A DNA stretch of 64,000 nt from Ascidiella aspersa (taxonomy: Eukaryota): the NCBI GenBank assembly GCA_963924565.1, contig OZ004610.1, positions 6,076,001 through 6,140,000 of the forward strand. The letters are read 5' to 3'. The first letter of the stretch is position 1. Each line of letters starts with the position of its first letter. The notes under the pieces are model-generated. The model was not told where the DNA came from. It made no database searches and saw only the letters and a program-made list of their open reading frames with translations. This document shows positions 1 through 11,200 of the stretch, piece by piece. Both the position numbers and the translations under genes were made by a program.

Positions 1-249
1 GTACTTTTATGAATACCGATCTTACTCGATAGCGCCGAAAGTGTCTAGATTAGATGGTTGAGCAATTGGGCAGTAAAAACGTTTAAATGTTAAATAAGTT
101 GGCAGAATTATTTTTTTATTTAGGGCAACATTTCTCGAACAAAGCATTTTGTGTTATGCATTTGTTAATTTAATGTGACTTCACTATTGCATATAAACTT
201 TCCTAATACTTTTCATAGAATAGGACAAACGCTCATAAGCCAGGCTTAC

Positions 250-392
250 CTCTGTCAAGCTGCTGCGCATGGGCTCGCGCAATGATGACGTCATTTCGAG
301 TCGACCGGCGCAGAAGCGGCTGACCTCTCGGGCCACGCAGCCCTTTGTACCGGGAAATTCCCGGCACTGATTGGTTGCCTCACTGAGCGAAT
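250..392 (-). CDS. CCNA: Putative cyclin A exon 4 (YSLSEATNQCREFPGTKGCVAREVSRFCAGRLEMTSSLREPMRSSLTE)
   Basis: Acceptor tttgcgcag at 393-394 and donor GAG|GTAAGC at 249. Open in the phase-1 frame left by exon 3, giving NGYSLSE (similar to the cyclin TGY motif). The remainder is not recognisably cyclin. A possible further exon starts at 44 (ctag|ACA CTT TCG...). Confidence 0.45.
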
Positions 393-908
393 CTGCGCAA
401 ATTTAAAAGCAGGTGTGGGTGCTGTGTTTTTCTCGAATGTAATACGCCACTTCCGTTCATCGTAACAACGTCCAATAAAACAGAACACTGACGACGCCAC
501 TTGGGATTAAAATATGGATATTGTTCTGCACATTGATTTGTGCTTGCGGCTGCCAATTTAAGGACTTTCGAATTATGAGCGTCGGTCATTGGTAATATGT
601 CACTGTTTTTTGGTATTATATTACTGATGTACCTGGAGGTGGGTTTTGGTGTTAGCTAAAATGTTGTATAGGACTGATTTTGGTCATTTAAGCCTTATTC
701 CGGCGAATTTGAGACTTATTCCTATTTACGTTGTTGCGACTATAAGGCATTAGTCCTATATTGGTTTTATTCCAAACTGTTTATCACGACGTCCATTTTG
801 TTCTTATTTCGATCTTAAGGCCGAAGTCCATTTATATATCATCGTATATGGTGTAAAACCATTCTTTATTCTATTTCGAAAGTTAGAAACCGTTTAAATA
901 ACACTTAC

Positions 909-3679
909 ATCCGTTGAGATTTGCCGCTGGTCCCCGGACGTGTCGTATGGTGGCGTGGGCCAGGGTGAGAGAGGCTGCTGCCCTGACTGAAGGCAGGAAC
1001 TTAAGGTAGACCTCGTCAAGCAGCATCAGTTCGCCCAGGTAGTTCGACAGGGATCGTAGCTCGTGGCCAACTTTGGCTTTCTAAATTAGAGTTTGTTTGA
1101 TACGAACTTATTAGGAATGTCCGAGTATCGGATCAGAATCGATCCTTGATGGTAAGTGGTAGTATCGGTACTAGGCTGGAATCGGTGCCGACAGGGACGT
1201 CGGAGCGATTGCAGGGCAAGGAGGGCGACTTTTTTGGCAACATAGACCGCAAGCGAGCGTAGCGAGCCGAAATATTGGGGGGTGCGGGGGTATTCCCCCG
1301 GAAAATTTTTTGCGGCCACGTCCTCTAGATTGGCTTAAAATGGTACCAAAAATGTTTTAACAAATGTCAAGCATGTCATTTTACGAATTTTTTTGCATTT
1401 TTCCGTAGCTCAAGCCCTACCCCATTTATGATTTCCGTCGCATAATATTTAACGTTGTGAAAGCAATATATCATTGTTCATGAAAAGGGCACTTTTGCCC
1501 CCCTCCCTTGCAAAGGGCAGGAGGGGCACTTGCCCCCCCTCTCCGGCGTCCCTGGGTGCCGATCCGATACCAAACATGGAAATTTTACCCATGATTTCTT
1601 AATTATTTCAACATTGAAGGTAACTACGCTAACAACTGGCGGTAACTAAATCTCTTAATGTTCAAGCAAATTATGGACTTAATACCTGGCAAAAACGTTT
1701 GAACGTTTAATTTGCTATTTTGCTTGTTTGAGCATAGGAATGACGTCATTGGGTATCGTATCGGATCGCAACCTTTTTGTCAAAAATATCGGGTATCGGT
1801 ATCAGAATAAAATCTCAAGTATCGGACATTCCCAGAACTTATGTATTTGGACACTTTACACGAAAAGGCACATAGCACTCGGTTTGACGAGCAAAAAATA
1901 AAACCCGCGCGTTTTTTATATATCTTTTGAAGGCGAGATTTCACAGACTTTGTGGTATGAGACTGTTCTGCATAAAATGTAATTTTACTACAGCACAGTA
2001 ACTCGTTGCTCGCAGTACAGCCAAATTTTTACTCGTTTTTGTGTTTTTTCTTGCGTCTTGGACTATACTTAAAATGCTATTTTCTGACAATCACACGCGT
2101 ATGACCGCCTACCACTTTAAGTAACCTGTAGATAACAACTCACGTCGCCAAACAGGTCGAGGAACTGGTGACATGTTGGCACAACCAGCTTATAGTCGAA
2201 CACTTTCAGAATAATTCGTTCCATCATCAGAACCTCGGCTCGCGAGTAAGTGTCGGCCGTGACGTAAGCAAACTCGTCAGCGTCTGGAGGGTAGATTTCC
2301 TCGAACTTGGCCGCCAGGAACATGCACGTTGTGCCTGTATTAAAAATGCCACAACGCTGTCCGGGTCTTGCATTATACGATGCTAAAACGTTTTTATTTT
2401 TTGCTTTAAAATACCCAGGATCAGAGTAATAACCCAAGTTAATCGCAATCAATCTGTTCTTGATTTGTGGAGTTAATTTTCCACCATTTTTTCGAGCAAT
2501 CTACCCCATTTTAGCCCAGCTGTCGATTTAATGTTATTATCGTTAGTTTTTCAGAACGTATATCGTTGTACGCAGTATACCAAAATTTTCACTCGTTTAT
2601 ATGTTCATTTTTGTGCCATGGAATACACTCAAAATGCTATTTCTGGCAATTTAAAAAAAATGGTAAATGGTTTTCAATTGGCTTAGCAATTTTGATATTC
2701 AATCTTAGAAAGCTCAACTCAAAATGATAGTTTTGGTGATTAAAATAATCTATTCTAGGTCATGTGGTCCACGAAAGTAGAAAAATGATGTACATTAAGA
2801 TAATGCTGAATTTAGTATTAAAAAAGGTTCAAATTGGACGAGACATATCTGCCACCTACGGTAAATGCACTTTCCCAGTTGCATTTAACGCACAAAACCA
2901 AGCATCTTACCTAGCAACTGTAACTTCGCCCGCGTAACTGACATCGTGGACAGAAATCGATCGACGTACGCGACGGCCAGGTGTAACGTTTCGTTGTGCA
3001 GCTTGTACTCGTCCTGAACTTCAACCAGCCAATCCACCAGTTTGACCCGCATCGGTGCCGTGATCTCGGTCTGGTCGCTAAGGTAATTTGCGCTGGGTGC
3101 GTATTGCACTTCGGACTTTCTCAGGCACTGCATTATGTCAGCGCAATACTCGTCCGAATAATCAAAGCGAAAGTCGACCTTGCCGCCGTAGCATCGCCCT
3201 TGACGCTTTGATTTTCCAGTCGAAATCGGAAACTTCTGCGAGAAGCCTATCCCCGATTCCTGGGACAACTCGGATTCTGGCAGACTTCGGTATGACGAGT
3301 CAGAAGACGTGTCCATGCTAATTGTCTCAGAAATTGGCGGGAAGAAGCGGCCTTTATGAGCTGCCTTGTGGTCATTGTCTTCGAGATTGCGACTGTTATT
3401 TTCAATAACGCTTAGCGGCAGTCGGGGAAACTGATTTTGTCCACGAGTGTAGCTGTTAGTGTTGCAGTTTTCCTGGCCAAACGATTCGTGACTTCCATTT
3501 GAGGACATGGCTTTGTTTAATTCAGCGCAGCCGAGTAGGCCTGGAAAGCAGTTGTCGTTTTGAATGTTTTTGTTGTGCTTTTTCCCCAGCCATTTATGAT
3601 CAGTTTTTGCTGCCCGTGACGGCTGAACTCTTGGCACATTGCTGTCAAGGGTACCAAGCGGCTGACGCACAGCTAGCAT
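909..3679 (-). CDS. CCNA: Cyclin A (A-type cyclin), exons 3679-2911, 2334-2144, 1080-909; continues leftward
   Basis: N-terminal D-box RQPLGTLDSN. Cyclin box MRVKLVDWLVEVQDEYKLHNETLHLAVAYVDRFLS...KLQLLG|TTCMFLAAKFEEIYPP matches the cyclin A consensus. Second fold YLGELMLLDEVYLKFLPSVRAAA in exon 3. GT-AG junctions keep frame (phase 1, 0). Confidence 0.93.
1112..1834. mobile_element. hAT-type MITE (outer element) in cyclin A intron 2
   Basis: TIRs TAGGAATGTCCGA / TCGGACATTCCCA. Perfect 8-bp TSD GAACTTAT (1104-1111, 1835-1842). Subterminal GTATCGG repeats. Confidence 0.85.
1192..1554. mobile_element. hAT-type MITE nested inside the 1112-1834 element
   Basis: TIRs CAGGGACGTCGGAG / CTCCGGCGTCCCTG (1 mismatch). 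Perfect 8-bp TSD GGTGCCGA (1184-1191, 1555-1562). Confidence 0.88.
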
Positions 3680-5240
3680 TTTGTGAGCAGGTGTTCCTAG
3701 CGGAACAGCTGTGTAAATTTAAACATGTTTTGCTCCTATATGCTGGACATTTATTCATTTTAGGCTTAAACGTTGACTTCGTCTGACTTGAATATAATAA
3801 ATTACTCTAAAAGCTAACATATCTAACTGAACAACGTTGTGTGTATAGAACACTATAACAAATATTTAATTTATGTCTACAGGTTTAATTATCTTCGGTA
3901 TGCCTGCACGTACCTTTTCAGATATTCTTACAATTAGACCAGTAACTGTAATTGCTCAGAATTTGACTCAAACTTGCACTTTCATGTGTAACCAACGAAA
4001 TTAGGAAACTACTCTTCACAAACCAACTTTCCAGTTTTTCAGGTTAGTAAAACAAAAACAAATATTAGACAATATGCTGTTTATTCTGTCATAGAGTACG
4101 AAATATATGTTACGGCCTATTGTTTGGTAAAACTGATGTCAACAAACAAGTCAAGTGAATTGCCTTATATATTTGTTATTACGTTTAATCAATAAGATAA
4201 AATTTCAGACAATAGCATAGCATTAGTTTTCCATACTCGTTTTACTTCGAAAGGCCTTTATAGACTTTTGTGTTTAAACTTGTTGTCGGGCCGTTTTCTC
4301 CGAAAAGGGCCTAATTTAAGGGTAAGAAGCATAAAAGGCCTAAATTTAGTTTGAAAAACGAACGATTTGAGGGAGATAATAAACTAACACATAAACTCCA
4401 AAATAAGTTAATTGTTTGCTATAATCTGAAACCACATTCTTAATGGACTAGCAGTAGCAACGATTTTTGTTTTAAAGCCTTTCAGAAACTTGCTTCAAAG
4501 CTGATACATAATTTTTGGTTTTTGTTTAATATTGTCCTGGCATTCTTCAATTTAAACATATTGTTACTTGACTATACTGATGTAATTTGCTATCAGGTCA
4601 AATTGTGGTATTTTTGCCCATAATATGGATTATCGAAATAAATTCCTCATTATTCTTAACACAAATACTGGTTGTGAAAATTACATCCTTAAAACAGCGT
4701 GGTCTAATTATAGGCCGGCCGACTCTTCTTATTGACCCGCGATCTTACTTTTATGGGTCATGCAATTTTTTTTGGCGCTTCGATTAACTCAGCTTGCTAA
4801 CAAGGTCTTATAGAAAATCGTCCGTAAGACTACTTAAATTATGACGTAACCTGTGAATTCATATATAAGATTTGTATGCCCCCCCCCCCCCCCCAAACTA
4901 AAATACTGGATTCGACCTTACAACACTGGTCTGCTATTTGTAACGAATTGCTTCCAACGGTCCGCGATTAAATTAGACCATGCTGCTTTAAAATGTAAAT
5001 CACGAAATATTTCACAAATGCAACTCAATGTTTAGGCTTCTGGGTTGTATTTACAAAAAAGCACCATGACGAAATGGGATGTTTACACCCAACAGTTATA
5101 ATTTATTTTCCGAAATGATGTTCTAATCTACCAGAAAGCACACGCGTCATCTAAGTTGATTCGGTGAAAAGGATCATCTGCAGTTTATCTATTCGATTTT
5201 AAAATTCCTTCCCTGAGCAGTTCGACATCTCATCTGATGT

Positions 5241-8200
5241 TTACGAGCTGATACAACTGGAACTGAAACATAAAAGGTATTTGAGACTGGAAAAGTGTAG
5301 ATGTGGCCTATGTATGCAGAGCCGCACAAAACATTTGCTGGTGTATTTTTATAGAAGCTTTAACTTGGTTGCTAAGTTTTTCAAGAGGTGAAACAAACAA
5401 AAGACTATAGTAGGCTATAAATAACCTTAAGGCCTTGAAATGTGAAAAATTACATTATTTACTCCAAACTTTTATTTTTTCGTTAAACAAGACAAGAAAC
5501 ATCCTTGGTTTTTGGTTTGAGCGTTTATCAGTCAAAACAAAAAAGTAGCCTACTACTGATAGGTTTAGGACCAGGTACTGTATTGCCCTTTTTATTTGTG
5601 ACGCCCTTGGCCCTTTTATACACTCTGTTGAATCTTTCTTATTACTTCTATTATCTAAACTTAATTCCGCGAAAGGATAACCCAACTTTTAAAATTCGAC
5701 TCAGTAACAAATCTTATTTCATGCAAACTCACTAATACGCGTTGTAGTAGTAGCCGTAGCTGGACTGCTGCGGGTAGCACGCCTTCCAGGTGTAATAGCT
5801 GCCGAAGCGATATGAAGGCATGTAGAACTGGGCCTGTCTGCAGCGCGCAGTACAGCTGTAGTGCAGCACCAGTTTGGCGCTGGCGTCGGTCCAGTAGGAA
5901 TCCAAACCGCTAGTTACAGACTTGCAGTAGATGACCAGCTTCTCGGCGTAGGCCTGAACCAGTTCCATTACCTCTTCAGGCAGATTTTCACCGTGGTAGG
6001 CAGTCAGCATAGCGATGTAGTTCTTGAAGTGCGAAAGCTTGGCCTATGAACGAGCGCATTCGTAAGTTTAATTCTGTGCGAGTTTGGTTTCTCAATGGTC
6101 ACGTTTACATAAGTAATGTCGTATTATAAGATGCCGAATCACAAAAGCTCTAAAATGACGCCGATGCATTTCTATTATACCACGCGTAAGCGGTGTAGTG
6201 CTGTTCTTGCCAAACTTATAATACTAGATTTAAACCAAATAAAAACAGTGTTGTAAGGAAGGTGCAAATAAGCAATTATTTCGGACAAATGACAACTCAA
6301 ATTGCATTCTACAGCCAAGCGCGTGATATCGTATTGCATTTTTATCATTTTGAAGCCTAATGACTTAAGGTTATGGTTAGACCTGGACCAGTACTTTCGT
6401 TACCACGTTGAAAATTAATAAAGAATTGTTGGAAACGTTTAAAATATGCTAGCTATACAGCATTGGCTATGATATTACTTCTACTTTGCCACAACAAATG
6501 ACATTTCCAAGCCCTTCCAGTCAAGCTCGACAGCACTCACAGCGGACATCGACGCAATCATGGCGCTCCGCTGGGAGGCGTGCTGCCCGTCGAGCTTCTT
6601 CTTATAGTCGGCGATTCTGGCGGCGCGGTCGGTCAGGCAGGAAGCGTAAGAGGCCACGACACGGTCCAAATAGGACTGTACGTGCTGACGGAAGCGCTCG
6701 ATACTGGCGCTAAACTTGCTCGCACAGTCGACGATAATTTGGGCGAGTTTCTCCTGGTAGTCGGCCACCGTTTTGTTGTACAGCTCAGCCAGCTCCTTGG
6801 TGCAGTCGGCGATTTGCGCCTTCTGGTCGGCGGTTAGCTCTAGGCTCTTGTTCCTGCATATCGATCAGCGGAAGAGATTTCACAAATGCGAATGCCAAAA
6901 AAACAAGCTCATTTAAAGCATAAAGCTTGTAGTTATAAAACGAATATCAAAGCTTGTACAAATGAAATTGGCTTTCGTTAGCGTATCAAGTAGCACAATC
7001 CTTATTGAAAGCGCATTTGTTACACAGAGAGGAATTCGATGTGTTGGTTAAGATCCCTTTTTATCTATGCATTACAAAAGATTGTACAAATTTAATTTCA
7101 ATCAACAAACTGGTTATGCCGCTGTGGCTCGATAGATATACCCTAAAGAAAACGTGTGATCATGTATATTATTATGGGTTTTACTTGAATATACACGTCA
7201 GCTGAACAGTTGTCGGCAAGCAGAAATTATTCAAGATAGCACTCATGCAATTTAAAAATTTTGATTTAGGGTCTCAAAAGTTTTGATTTAGTTTATTAAT
7301 CCATTGTGATAAGAATATTCGCGGAATACAGGTGAAACACTACTGTCTAAAAACCGAAACATTCCTTTGCTTCGTAACGCTACAAAAGAATCCTGAATTT
7401 GTTGCGGTAATAGAACTTTTACCCAACACTGTTCAGGACGTAAGCTTGACATGCCCGCAATCTTGAATGTGAAATCGTGCATTTAAAATATGCATCGGTA
7501 TTGAACGCGCTACTAATCCCCCCTCTCCCCCTCAAAAAATAATCGAGTTCACGACTGGTCCCGTCAACGAACTATATTCATCTTACAAACCTACCAGGCC
7601 TGGAAGGTTTTGACTTTGCTGTCAATCACAAAGGCGTGTCTGGCTTTGACGATTTCCTTGTACTTGTTGTAGTATTCGACGTGGTATTGGACCCACTTGG
7701 CCTTCCACGCAGCAAAGTCGACCACAAACTTGGCCACAGCCTCGTCCAATTTTTTCTGCAATTCGGACTTCACGTCGGCCACCGGCTTGTTTAAGGTGTC
7801 TGAGCAGAACAAAACAACGTAAATTTCCAGATACTGACCTACACGTTCCCTGACTAATGTAAGTGCCCTTTGTTTCGTAAAACGTTATATTGGTAAAATT
7901 GTGAATTTTATTGCATATATATTTTAATGCTCAGAGGTTAAACGCAAAGTAGCTAACTGTTGTAATAAGTAAAAATAAGAGGCGTGAGGTGAATTTACCA
8001 GTCTCAAAAATAACACAAAAACGTGGGTGTAATCGTAGGCTATATGTATGACAAGTAGTTGTAGTATTTGCAAACGCGGAATGTTAGTGACACGGAAGAA
8101 AAGGCATACATCCAGTTTATGGTTAAACAACTTGGTTTGTGGGTAGGCTACTCTTTTTATTTTGGCAGTCAAAAAACACCCCAAAACTTGCAAAACCTCA

Positions 8201-11200
8201 AAATCTTTATTTGTTTTTTTCTAGTTCTTTTAGAGGCATTAGACTGCTTAGCAGTAACCGAGACTGCATCAAACTTTATTTATATTTATCATTCGATGCC
8301 AGTATAGAGCTGGGATGAATGTATAATAATGTTTTTTTCTTGGAACGCATAAAGATTTTTAGGGGGGCAAATCTCATTTTTATAGGAGGTTTTGACAAGA
8401 ATATTGCAAAAAGTTAACGCAATCGGTGAGAAAAACGTCGTTTCTACGTAGCTGAAGTTCAAAGTTTGGAAATCCAAAATAATGCACTTTTCGTAACAAA
8501 ATTGTTTAAAAAATAGCAAAACGGGTTACGATTATAGGACACGCCCGTAAATCATTTGACGAACTGCTCCTTAAAAATAGAGAAATCCTTCTTTGCATAA
8601 ACTTTTGCAACGAGTGTTTTAGTATGATCATCAAGCAGTGGCTTATAGTGACATTTGCACAAAATTGCTATTCTTTTAACACTTACTAAGATCACAAGTC
8701 TTAAGTCCGTTGTAGGTAATTTTGCGCCAGTTGAAGCTGAACTTTCCCATGGAGTAGTTCACGTACTTGTAGCTGCTGTGCTGATACCAACGTCCAAGCT
8801 TTTGACTGAAAACAGTATGCGTTGTCACGTTAAAAATGCGGTAGTTAGGCTATGCGTGCCGTGGCACATAATAGTTGAAAAGTACTAAAAATGATGACAT
8901 TTTACTATTCAAGGATTGTTTGTTTGTGATATTTTTTTATATTTTTTGTAGATCTATGGTCGGCAAAAAGTGATTTCAAATAACTGGTGATAACAAGGGA
9001 ATTAGTGATTTTACACAATTCGCAACAAACACACTTGATTAAATATGAAGAGCTAAATTTTCGACTATATTCGAGTCGGCATGTTTTAATAGAATAAGAA
9101 TGTTTGTCTTTGCGAAATGCAAAACCAGATTCATTTTATTATTTTTTCAGGTTGTTTCAAATCCGGGCCCACACTAGTTAATTTAGAAATGAAACTTGCC
9201 TCAAATTTGTATATTTGCGTCTTATTTGAAGTTTTCGAACACTGTTAACGTATTATAAGCAAGTAAGTTTAGCATAATATACAAATTATAGCTCGAGACT
9301 TTTCAAGTGTGTGTTGGGATATTTAAGCGCCCGGTTTAGATAGATTACCATCCGTTGTAGTAGTAGGCACGGTAGAACTTCAGGTAGGAGTTGGATAGGT
9401 AGCAGCGGTAGGCGCAAGTGTAGAATCCGAGCAATGTGTCTTTGGCAACGAGCATCTGCTTCGTATAGGCCGCCACCATATCCCTGATCTTAAACATTTC
9501 GTGCTTGGCGAAAACAACGATCACTCGATCGACGATGCTGGTATCGCTATCTGGGTTACCTTAAAAAAATGCTGGACTTTGTCAGACATGTGGCCATTTG
9601 GGCAATGCGCGTTTTTAGATCTCTTTATGTTTAGGTATTTTGTTTTCAATTTAAAAAAATTCTAAAAATAATAAAAATTCGCCAATCGTAAACTCTAAAA
9701 AATATTCTACTATATATGATTAGCCATTTTAATCGATCAATAAAAAACAAAACAAATCAAATTTAAAAATAATGGTTATTCAAAAGTTTTCAACAAAATA
9801 TCACTTTATACAATTGTTTTAAAAATACCACCATTAAGGCTTTTTTTCCTAAAGTTTTTTTTTTTTCCAAAAGCAATTAAAGGTCTTAATTATTTATTTG
9901 TAGCAATGACTGTTAGACAATAAGAAGTTAAGGTTTAATTTATTTATGTTATACAATATGCCTGTGGTATCAAACGTCACCTACTAATCCGATATAGAAT
10001 GCAACAAAGTATACTTACAGTCAAGTTTTACAAGGACCTCTTTGTACTTTTGGGACCTGGTCTTGAGTATGGCGAGGAGATACTTATAGTAGTTGATGGT
10101 GTAGTCCTTGATCTTTTTGTTGATTTCCTTTTCGTAATCGAGGATTTTTGCGGCGCGGGTTGCAAGGCACTTCGCGGCACTACAGAGGTGTTAACAAATA
10201 CATTTGCAGGACTGTGTAGCAGACAGTTAGTTACATAGACTTTGTATTGTGTATGGCAGTGCTATTCAAACTTTTTTTGGTTCGGTGAACCTTGAAGGTT
10301 TTGTGACAAATTCATGCACCCTGTTTACTTAAAAGGCAAACTGAGTAAAAAGCGATCTAACAAATCATTATGCTTAACAATATTATCATGTTAATTAAAC
10401 CGAGCGGAGCTGCCGAAGTTTTAAACACTGTCGGTGAGAGTTCGATTATGGCTGCAGGCTGCTTGCGAGTTCTACTACATGTCATAACACAGCATTCAGT
10501 GTTAAACATTAATATTTCATAAAAAATAGTGTGATGCACCCTTATATACCTGTTTGTTCTGGGGCACCCTATTCATACTTTGATGCATACTAGGGTACAC
10601 TGTGCACACCAGTTAAAGAGCACTGATGTATGGTATAATGCCACCTAAGGCATTAAAAATTGTCATGGCAAATTCGAGTAAAGTGATTTTATTTGTAACT
10701 GAATTGTATGAACTTTTCCATTTCGACCTTTGATCAATTATAAAATATTACGATGACACAAAATGTAAAATAAAGTACAACACACTCACAATATTAAATT
10801 GTTAAATTAAACAAATATACTAAAAACAGTTTACTGTAAAGCCAATAAACCCTTCAAAGTAGTAAAAATAACTTCGAAGATTGATTTTCGATAACAATGT
10901 TTTTAGAAAGCAACAGGCAACAAATAATAACAATTATATAAATGATCACTGCATTGACGTTAGTTCAAACATAGCTTGAATATAGCTTGAAAGAGAATAA
11001 ATCAGCAAAACTGGAGCGAGGTCTTTGAAAAGAGTTTGTCAGTGTTTCGCCGTCCAATTTTGGAATGCTGTTGTTCACTGGCATTTTTACTTGGTTGACA
11101 GGAATTTGTGCAAGTAATAATACTGTTTGGGTCACAATTTTACATTATTTCAAGTTTTTCCATTAATTTGTACCACGCTTTATAAATGTGATAATCTGCG

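Noticed and set aside
5732-5734. TAG as the stop codon of P
   Set aside because: TA|GTGAGT is a donor giving the conserved 311-nt phase-2 exon 10. A terminal exon at 5262-5241 and an AATAAA follow.
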